DNA from: an uncultured Gemmatimonadales bacterium | Lineage (GTDB): Bacteria; Gemmatimonadota; Gemmatimonadetes; Gemmatimonadales; GWC2-71-9 | Reading direction: 5' to 3' | Assembly (NCBI GenBank): GCA_963697065.1 | Contig: CAVOMQ010000001.1 | Span: forward strand, 1,410,518-1,474,517 | Length of the DNA: 64,000 bases | Shown here: positions 57,305 to 64,000 of the stretch, one piece after another | Numbering within the stretch: position 1 is the first letter of the stretch | How the letters are laid out: each line of letters begins with the position of its first letter | Notes under the pieces: generated by a model | The model's database searches: none | Seen by the model: the letters and a program-made list of their open reading frames with translations, nothing else | Told to the model about the DNA's origin: nothing | Translations under genes and position numbers: made by a program

Positions 57305-59713
57305 GTGCCGATGGGTCGCCCGCCGTTCCGCTGCATCCTGGCCATGTTGCCACTGCTCGCCGTTCCCGCGGTGCGCGCGGTGGCGCAGCAGACGGTTGAC
57401 CCGGTCGTGCTCCTTGCCCCGCTCGCCGCCGTCACGTCGACCGACCAACTCACCGCCCAACGCTGTGCGTCGTTCACGGGCGACGATGCCCGGCTCTGCA
57501 CCGGCCTCGTCACCGAGCGCCGCAGCGAACTCTCGCGGCAGCGAAACGACGCGCTGCAGGCGCAGGATCTCCTCGAGCGGGCGGTGGTGGATCAGCCCGG
57601 ATCGCCGGTGGCCTGGTACGGATTGGGACTGGTCCGGCTGCAGCTGGCGCGCGATACCGTCTTCACCAAGGGCGGTGCGCTGATGCCGGTCGGTGTGAGC
57701 TACCTCGATGGTGCGGCCAACGCGTTCATCCGCGCGGTCCAGCTGGATGACACCTTTGCAATGGCGGTCGACGCGCTGGCCCGGACGCCGGAGCCACGCG
57801 AAGGATCGTCGGCGCTCAAGGACCGCGTGGCGCTGCTGCGGCGCGAGCGGCGACTGCTCTCTCCCGACGCCATGGCGGAAGCAGCGGTGCTCGAGCGCGA
57901 CGGCGGCGACCTCGATTCCGCGATTGCGCTGGAACATCGCGCGCTGGCCACGGGCCGGGTCGATAGCGGGGTGGTGTCGCTGGGTCTCGCGCGCGACCTG
58001 TACCGCACCGGGCATCCTGACGCCGGCCGCGAGGTGCTGTTCCGCGGCGCGGCGACGAATACCGCGGCGTCGCAGCAGGCGTATCGACAGGCGCTGGCCT
58101 GGGTCGCCACGCCGGAGGAGCTGGCGGCGTGGGACACGGTGCCGGCGGAGCGGCGATCGGCGTGGGTGACGTATTTCTGGTCCAGGCGCGACATCGAAGA
58201 AGGGCGGCCCGACGGCGCCCGGTTGATCGAACACTACCAGCGGCTCGAACACGCCATGCAGTACTTCCGGCTGTCGCTGCCGGAAACCGGACGCCAGACG
58301 TTTCACTCCGTCCTCCCGACCGGTGAGATGGAGGACGAAGACGATGCCCGCCGGTTCGCGCTGAAGTACGCCGAGTGCTTCCCCGACGAAGCCCGCCTGG
58401 CCTTCGATGCCGCGACGGTCGGCGCCGATGTGCCGTTCGACTACTACAAGCCGGTGCAGGACCTGGTCGACGACCGCGGCGCGGTCTGGATCCGGCAGGG
58501 CCCGCCGGATCACATGGCGAGCGGCATCAGCGGCATCGCGACCGAGGTCTGGGTGTACGACCGGCCGGATGGTCGGTTGGTGCTGCAGTTCCGGGAGAGC
58601 GACTTCCAGGGTTCGAACGGCGCGTCGACGCTGGTCCCCTCGCTGCTCTCCGAACCTCCGGAAGTGCGGAACCAGATCTGCAGCGTGTACCAGCCGCTCT
58701 GTCCGGTGTCGACGCGCAATGCGCCGGTTCACCTTGGGGCAAAGGACACATACGTCCCACATACGAAATGCGATGTCGACACCGCGAATCCGTTCACCGG
58801 CCGCGCGGCAGCACTCGGCGCCGCCGCCGACGTCCTCAATTCCGAAGTCCGCCTCGAAGGCGGGCGCCAGAGCAGTGCCGCGCTGGTTGTGGCGCGGGAC
58901 AACGGCCGTGCCGCGATCGATACCGCCACCCGAACCGATGCCTATCCCCGCACCTTCACGCATGCCGTGACGCCCGCGGTGCAGATATTCGCGCTCGACA
59001 GCGCCGGTGGTGTTTCGCCGCGGCTGGTGGTGGCCTACGCGATCCCGGGTGACCAGCTCAAGTCCACGTCGCTGCCGGAGGCCGGGCGCGTGATGTACTC
59101 GGTCGATCTCCGTCTCATGGCGGTGCGTGAGAGCGACGGCCAGCGGTTCGAGCTCCACTCGCCCCACGAGTTCCTTGCCGACAGTCAACTCGGCAAGAAC
59201 CAGTTCCTCACCGGCATGCTGGAGCTTCCCGTTCCCGGTGGTACCTACACCACCAGCGCCGTCGTCACGCAGGCCGACGGCCGGGGGGCAGTGGCGGAGT
59301 TGAGTGGCGTGCGGGTTCCGGCGCCGGGCGCGGCCCTGACGGTGAGTGATATCGTCCTCGGGCGCCAGGAGAGCCAGGTCCGCTGGTACTCCGGCACCGC
59401 GGCGGTCCCGCTCAATCCGCTCAATACCTTTGCCGTGGGCGGAAGTGCCGAGGTCTACGTGCAGCTGAGCGGCGCCCGGCCGGGAGTGACGTACCAGATG
59501 CGGTTCGCTGTCTACGACGCGGATGCCAAGCCGGGGAAGTCGGCGCGGCTCACCATTGCGGTGTCGCAGGCCGCGGACCATCCCTGGATGGAAGTGGCGC
59601 GTACGCTGGGGCTCAAGAACCTTCCGGCGGGTCGCTACCGGATGCAGCTCGATGTCTCAGGTGCTGGTTCCACCGCGACAGCATCGGCGCTGCTCACCAT
59701 CGAGAAGCAGTAG
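57305..59713 (+). CDS. Secreted TPR-like / GWxTD-domain protein
   Basis: 802 aa with a signal peptide 'ILAMLPLLAVPAVRAVAQQ'. The GWxTD-like core is 'VDDRGAVWIRQGPPDHM'. The start is either GTG 57305 or ATG 57311. Confidence 0.6.
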   Translation: MPMGRPPFRCILAMLPLLAVPAVRAVAQQTVDPVVLLAPLAAVTSTDQLTAQRCASFTGDDARLCTGLVTERRSELSRQRNDALQAQDLLERAVVDQPGSPVAWYGLGLVRLQLARDTVFTKGGALMPVGVSYLDGAANAFIRAVQLDDTFAMAVDALARTPEPREGSSALKDRVALLRRERRLLSPDAMAEAAVLERDGGDLDSAIALEHRALATGRVDSGVVSLGLARDLYRTGHPDAGREVLFRGAATNTAASQQAYRQALAWVATPEELAAWDTVPAERRSAWVTYFWSRRDIEEGRPDGARLIEHYQRLEHAMQYFRLSLPETGRQTFHSVLPTGEMEDEDDARRFALKYAECFPDEARLAFDAATVGADVPFDYYKPVQDLVDDRGAVWIRQGPPDHMASGISGIATEVWVYDRPDGRLVLQFRESDFQGSNGASTLVPSLLSEPPEVRNQICSVYQPLCPVSTRNAPVHLGAKDTYVPHTKCDVDTANPFTGRAAALGAAADVLNSEVRLEGGRQSSAALVVARDNGRAAIDTATRTDAYPRTFTHAVTPAVQIFALDSAGGVSPRLVVAYAIPGDQLKSTSLPEAGRVMYSVDLRLMAVRESDGQRFELHSPHEFLADSQLGKNQFLTGMLELPVPGGTYTTSAVVTQADGRGAVAELSGVRVPAPGAALTVSDIVLGRQESQVRWYSGTAAVPLNPLNTFAVGGSAEVYVQLSGARPGVTYQMRFAVYDADAKPGKSARLTIAVSQAADHPWMEVARTLGLKNLPAGRYRMQLDVSGAGSTATASALLTIEKQ

Positions 59714-59719
59714 CGGCCG

Positions 59720-61036
59720 TCACGGCGTCTTGACGACCTCGCCGCCTTTCATCACGAAATCCACCTTGTGCATCACCGAGATGTCATGCGTCGGGTCGCC
59801 CTCGACCGCGATCAGGTCGGCGAGCAGCCCCGGCTGGATCGACCCGCGGTCGGCCAGATGGAAGATGTCGGCGTTGCGCGACGTCGCCGAGAGCAGCGCC
59901 TGCGGCGCCGTCATGCCGTAGTCCACCATCAGGATCATCTCGCGGACGTTGTCGCCGTGCGGGAAGACGCCGACGTCGCCCCCCATGCCGATCTTCACCC
60001 CCGAGGCGAGTGCCAGCTTGAACATGGCGCGCTTGTTCTGCACGCTGCGCGGTTCGGGATCGGTGCCCTTGTTCCACCCGCCGTACTGGGCGATGGCGTC
60101 GGTGGCCGCGAGCGTCGGGATGAAACCGACGTTGTTCTGTTTCATCAGTGCGAACACCTCGGGCGTGCCGCCGTCACCGTGTTCGATCGTGGCCACGCCG
60201 GCATCCGCCGCCCGGCGCATCCCCTCGGTGGTGTTGGTGTGCACCGCGACGTAGTCACCGGCCTGGCCCGCGACTTCGACGGCTCGGCGGATCTCGTCTT
60301 CGGTGAAGGTGGGATGCGAGCCCGGGTGCGGTCCCCAGCTGTAGTCGCCGTAGAGCTTGATCCAGTCTGCGCCCTTGCCGATCTGCTCGCGCACCACGCT
60401 TTCCATCTCGTCGATGTTGCCGACTTCCTGGCCGCCAAGGGGGAGGTCCCACTCCGGGGCACCCTTCACGCCGTATGCACCCTTGGCCACGATGGCGCGC
60501 GTCACCACGATCATGCGCGGCCCGGGAATGATTCCCTGGTTGATGGCATCGCGGAGTCCCACGTCGGCGTACATCGCCCCTTCGGTGCCGAGGTCGCGCT
60601 CGGTGGTGAGGCCCGCCATCAGGGTGTTCCTCGCCGAGACGGTGGCCCGCGCGATCCGCAGCGCCAACGGTTCGTAGAGTACCTGATCGTTCCACGGCGT
60701 TTCGTTGTACGGATGCAGCAGCATGTGGCCGTGGCCTTCGATCATCCCCGGCAGCAGCGTCATGCCGGGGAGCTGGATGACGCGCGCGCCGGTGGGGACG
60801 GTGACGCTCGATGCCGGCCCGGCAGCCGCGATGCGGCCCCGATCCACCAGCACCACCCACCCGTCATGGAGCGACTCGTCGAGCGCCGTGAAGACGTGCG
60901 CCGGCTCGAGCAGGATGGGTGGTCCGGGCGGCCCGCCGCGCCCCCGGCCGCCGCCGCGCTGCGCGGCGCCCGGGGCGGGAAAGAGGAGCGGAAGCGCGAG
61001 CAGGGCGGTGGTGAATAATCCGTGGCGCCTGGGCAT
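59720..61036 (-). CDS. Secreted metal-dependent amidohydrolase (imidazolonepropionase / Xaa-Pro dipeptidase-like)
   Basis: 438 aa from ATG 61036, with a signal peptide followed by 'QRGGGRGRGGPPGPP'. Motifs: 'GMIEGHGHM', 'YVAVHT', 'TIEHG', 'GMGGDVG'. Confidence 0.8.
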   Translation of the reverse strand: MPRRHGLFTTALLALPLLFPAPGAAQRGGGRGRGGPPGPPILLEPAHVFTALDESLHDGWVVLVDRGRIAAAGPASSVTVPTGARVIQLPGMTLLPGMIEGHGHMLLHPYNETPWNDQVLYEPLALRIARATVSARNTLMAGLTTERDLGTEGAMYADVGLRDAINQGIIPGPRMIVVTRAIVAKGAYGVKGAPEWDLPLGGQEVGNIDEMESVVREQIGKGADWIKLYGDYSWGPHPGSHPTFTEDEIRRAVEVAGQAGDYVAVHTNTTEGMRRAADAGVATIEHGDGGTPEVFALMKQNNVGFIPTLAATDAIAQYGGWNKGTDPEPRSVQNKRAMFKLALASGVKIGMGGDVGVFPHGDNVREMILMVDYGMTAPQALLSATSRNADIFHLADRGSIQPGLLADLIAVEGDPTHDISVMHKVDFVMKGGEVVKTP

Positions 61037-61150
61037 CGAAGCGACCTCGCCGGCGGTGGTGCGGGGGTATGGTGTCGGGGGGGACTTCACTAAGCTATGG
61101 TCGCGGCGGCTGCCGGTGCAGTCCGCCGGTGCATTCGGCATGGGAGGGTG

Positions 61151-62362
61151 ATGGTGCGGCGTCTGCTGGTGCTGGGTTGGCTGGCTGGTCTGGTGGCGGC
61201 GTGCCGCGGCGCGCCGCGCGCGGTGGCGCAATCGGCCGACGAGCGGCAGGTGGCGGTGCTGATCGATTCGCTGATGCCGGCGGTGTCGGCGGCCACGGGC
61301 CTCAAGTTCAAGACCGTGCCGAAGTCGGCGGTGCGCACTCGCGACCAGATTCACGGCTATCTCATTGCCAAGATGAATCGGGAAATGCCGCCCGAGCGAC
61401 TCGACGGCGTGCGTGACGTCTTCCGGCTCCTCGGCATGCTGCCCGACAGCGTCGATCTGCGGCAGCTGTTCGTCGATCTCTACACCGAACAGATCGCCGG
61501 GTTCTTCGATCCCGACTCCACGACGCTCTTCACGCTCACCGGCGCCGACCCGGCGCAGCTCAGGCTGGTGCTGGCGCACGAGATGGTGCACGCGCTGCAG
61601 GACCAGTACACGCCGGTCGACTCGATTCTCCACGACACCACCGACGCCGACCGGCTCACCGCGGCGCAGGCGGTGCTGGAAGGGCAGGCCACGCTGGCCT
61701 CGCTGCAGGCGATGTTCCCCGCGGCCGACATGATCGGCAACGACGAGTTCTGGACCACGTTCAAGCAGCAGCTGCAGCAGCAACAGTTCACCGGAACGGT
61801 GTTCGGGCGCGCACCGATGGTGGTGCGCGAAAGTCTCACCTTTCCCTACCTGGCCGGGAGTGAATTCCTGCGCTGGTTCGACGTGACCTTCCCCGGACAG
61901 GAGCCGTTCGGCAGTCGCATGCCGCTCTCGACCGAGGAGGTGCTGCACCCGGCCCGGTACGCGCGCGGCGATGTGCCACTGGTGGTGCGCTTCACCGGCG
62001 ACACCGCGGGAGTGTTCTTCGAGGACACCTTCGGTGAGTACGACATCGACATCCTGCGGGCGACGCTGGCGGGGCGTACCACTGTCTCGTCGGACTCCGC
62101 CATCGGCTGGGGCGGCGACCGGATGCGGGTCTATCACAGCCCGGACGGGCCTGCGCTGGTGTGGGTGACGGTCTGGGACACGCCCGCCGACGCGGGGCCG
62201 TTCGCGACCCGGGTGGCCGGCCCGCTCGAGGCGCGCCCGCGACCCGGTTACCGGGTGCGGGTCGACTCGCTGCACCCGGTCGGCCGGCTGGCGACCAGGG
62301 TGGTGGTGGCGCCGGTGGGGTGGGCGGGGTGGGGGAAGGTGCCGGGGATAGTCGTGCGGTAG
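61151..62362 (+). CDS. Putative lipoprotein zinc metalloprotease (HExxH)
   Basis: 403 aa from ATG 61151, with GGGAGGG upstream. Lipobox-like 'LAGLVAAC'. Motif 'LVLAHEMVHALQD'. Confidence 0.55.
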   Translation: MVRRLLVLGWLAGLVAACRGAPRAVAQSADERQVAVLIDSLMPAVSAATGLKFKTVPKSAVRTRDQIHGYLIAKMNREMPPERLDGVRDVFRLLGMLPDSVDLRQLFVDLYTEQIAGFFDPDSTTLFTLTGADPAQLRLVLAHEMVHALQDQYTPVDSILHDTTDADRLTAAQAVLEGQATLASLQAMFPAADMIGNDEFWTTFKQQLQQQQFTGTVFGRAPMVVRESLTFPYLAGSEFLRWFDVTFPGQEPFGSRMPLSTEEVLHPARYARGDVPLVVRFTGDTAGVFFEDTFGEYDIDILRATLAGRTTVSSDSAIGWGGDRMRVYHSPDGPALVWVTVWDTPADAGPFATRVAGPLEARPRPGYRVRVDSLHPVGRLATRVVVAPVGWAGWGKVPGIVVR

Positions 62363-62426
62363 ATCGGTCGCCCGTCGACCCTCGGCCCTCGACCAATGAC
62401 TAACCCCCCACCCCCGGCTATCTTTA

Positions 62427-63773
62427 ATGGCTATGTTGGAAGAGCTGTCCTCCAAGCTGACCGACGCCCTGCGCCGGATCGGCGGCCGTGGCGTCCTCAG
62501 TGAGGGCGACGTCCGCGAGGGGTTGCGCGAGATCCGCCGCATCCTGCTCGAGGCCGATGTCTCCTTCGAACTGACCCGCGAGTTTCTCGAGCGGGTGCAG
62601 GCGGCGGCGGTGGGGCAGGACCTGCTCAAGTCGGTGCGACCGGGCCAGCAACTGGTCAAGATCGTCTACGACGAACTGGTCACGATGTTGGGCGAGCGGC
62701 AGGCGCCGCTGGCATTCGCGCCGGTGCCGCCCACCGTGATGTTGATCGTCGGGCTGCAGGGCTCGGGCAAGACGACCACGGCCGGCAAGCTCGCCCGGCG
62801 GCTCAAGGCGGAGCAGAAGGCGCCGTATCTCGTTGCCGCCGACGTGTACCGCCCCGCCGCGGTGGAGCAGTTGCGGACGTTGGGGGCCCAGGTCGGCGTC
62901 GAGGTGTACGGCGAGCCCGACCAGCGCGATGTGGTGGCGCTGGTGCGGCGCGGGTTGGAAGCGGCGAGCAAGGCGCGCGCCCGGACGGTGATCGTCGATA
63001 CGGCGGGCCGGTTGCAGATCGACGACGCGATGATGCAGGAGCTGGTGCGACTCAAGGCGGCGGTATCGCCCACGGAGATCCTGCTGGTCGCCGACGGCAT
63101 GACCGGGCAGGACGCGGTGCGCATCGCCCGCGGGTTTCACGACGCGCTCGGCATCACCGGCGTGGTGCTCACCAAGATGGACGGCGATGCCCGCGGCGGT
63201 GCGGCGCTGTCGATCTACGGCGTGACGCATGCGCCGATCAAGCTGATCGGCACCGGTGAAGGGCTCGATGCGCTGGAGCTGTTCTATCCGGACCGCCTGG
63301 CGGGACGGATCCTGCAGCAGGGCGACGTGCTCTCGCTGGTGGAGAAGGCGCAGGAGCAGGTCGACGAGGCCGAGGCGAAGCGGCTGGCCCGCAAGGCGGG
63401 GTCGAAGAAGGGACTCGATCTCGACGATTTCCTGGCCGCGATGCGGCAGATGCAGAAGCTGGGGCCGCTCAAGAACGTGCTCGGCATGTTGCCGGGGGTC
63501 AATCCGGCGATGCTCAAGGGGGCCAACCTCGACGAGCGCCGGATCAAGCATGTCGAGGCCATCGTGCTCTCGATGACCCGGCGTGAGCGGACCGACCCCG
63601 ACGTGATGAACGGGTCGCGGCGGGCGCGGGTGGCGCGCGGTTCGGGGCGCCCGGTGCAGGAAGTCAATCAGTTGCTGTCGCAGTTCAAGCAGATGCAGAA
63701 GTTCATGAAGGTCGCGGGCAAACCCGGCATGAAGCTGCCCTTCGGGGGCGGCGCGCCGTACCCCCCGCGCTGA
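62427..63773 (+). CDS. ffh: Signal recognition particle protein Ffh
   Basis: 448 aa. Motifs: 'GLQGSGKTTTAGKLA', 'DTAGRL', 'LTKMDGDARGGAALS', and a Met-rich M domain 'MRQMQKLGPLKNVLGMLPG'. Confidence 0.95.
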   Translation: MAMLEELSSKLTDALRRIGGRGVLSEGDVREGLREIRRILLEADVSFELTREFLERVQAAAVGQDLLKSVRPGQQLVKIVYDELVTMLGERQAPLAFAPVPPTVMLIVGLQGSGKTTTAGKLARRLKAEQKAPYLVAADVYRPAAVEQLRTLGAQVGVEVYGEPDQRDVVALVRRGLEAASKARARTVIVDTAGRLQIDDAMMQELVRLKAAVSPTEILLVADGMTGQDAVRIARGFHDALGITGVVLTKMDGDARGGAALSIYGVTHAPIKLIGTGEGLDALELFYPDRLAGRILQQGDVLSLVEKAQEQVDEAEAKRLARKAGSKKGLDLDDFLAAMRQMQKLGPLKNVLGMLPGVNPAMLKGANLDERRIKHVEAIVLSMTRRERTDPDVMNGSRRARVARGSGRPVQEVNQLLSQFKQMQKFMKVAGKPGMKLPFGGGAPYPPR

Positions 63774-63797
63774 ACCGGAGTCGGGAGAGAAGAGCCA

Positions 63798-64000
63798 ATG
63801 GCCGTACGGATTCGGTTGCGCCGCGAGGGGCGCAAGAGCGTTCCGATGTATCGCATCGTCGTCACCGATCGCGAAGCGCCGCGTGACGGGCGCTTCATCG
63901 AGGTGATCGGGTCCTATCGGCCGCGGTCGGTCAAGGATCCGGTGACGCTCGACCTCGACAAGGCGCGCCACTGGCTGTCGAAGGGTGCCACGCCGTCGGA
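63798..64000 (+). CDS. rpsP: 30S ribosomal protein S16, C-terminus cut by the window edge
   Basis: ATG at 63798 with GGGAGAGA upstream. My translation is '[42 protein letters not shown]'. It runs off the 3' edge. Confidence 0.9.
   Translation, partial: MAVRIRLRREGRKSVPMYRIVVTDREAPRDGRFIEVIGSYRPRSVKDPVTLDLDKARHWLSKGATPS

Overview
High-GC (roughly 68-70% by eye) bacterial chromosomal window with about 60 protein-coding genes. I found no rRNA, tRNA or CRISPR array by eye. The protein repertoire (PD40-propeller Ser/Thr kinase, GWxTD protein, BNR/sortilin-like proteins with RGG tracts) suggests a Gemmatimonadota- or Acidobacteriota-like soil bacterium, at low confidence.

Gene order:
- htrA (partial), dnaK, and a vapBC toxin-antitoxin pair bracketed by two inverted copies of a ~105-bp TIR-bounded repeat.
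- Ser/Thr kinase, two tandem QueC-like PP-loop paralogs, a 34-aa TM micro-ORF, a PP2C phosphatase and an aminotransferase, all on the minus strand.
- A solitary Phd/YefM antitoxin, then a ~15-kb ferredoxin/Rnf supercluster: korA, korB, unknown gene, rnfB, giant PFOR-ferredoxin fusion, rnfC, D, G, E, A, NqrM-like Cys peptide, apbE, Zn-ribbon protein.
- A P-loop ATPase and a secreted glycan-utilisation group (CBM9-like lipoprotein, GHL10-like, BNR/Asp-box protein, GH29 fucosidase, amidohydrolase-2).
- rhomboid, deoC and two aldehyde dehydrogenases.
- A complete Pho regulon block (phoB, phoR, porin, pstS, pstC, pstA, pstB, pstB, phoU, ppx) with 11-bp-phased Pho-box-like repeats.
- add, nupC, punA; thiD; a SpoU methyltransferase and pilD; a GWxTD protein; an amidohydrolase; an HExxH lipoprotein; ffh and rpsP (partial).

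Two things stand out. First, reading-frame breaks are confined to three islands: dnaK, 11.9-23.3 kb, and 37.9-40.0 kb. More than 35 kb of neighbouring genes are intact. There are dozens of frame switches but only one in-frame stop, which points to localised indel-type sequence error more than to real decay. Second, the best candidate for an undescribed system is the kinase/phosphatase-bracketed pair of divergent QueC-like enzymes. All coordinates for frame switches, repeats and motifs were derived by eye and are approximate.
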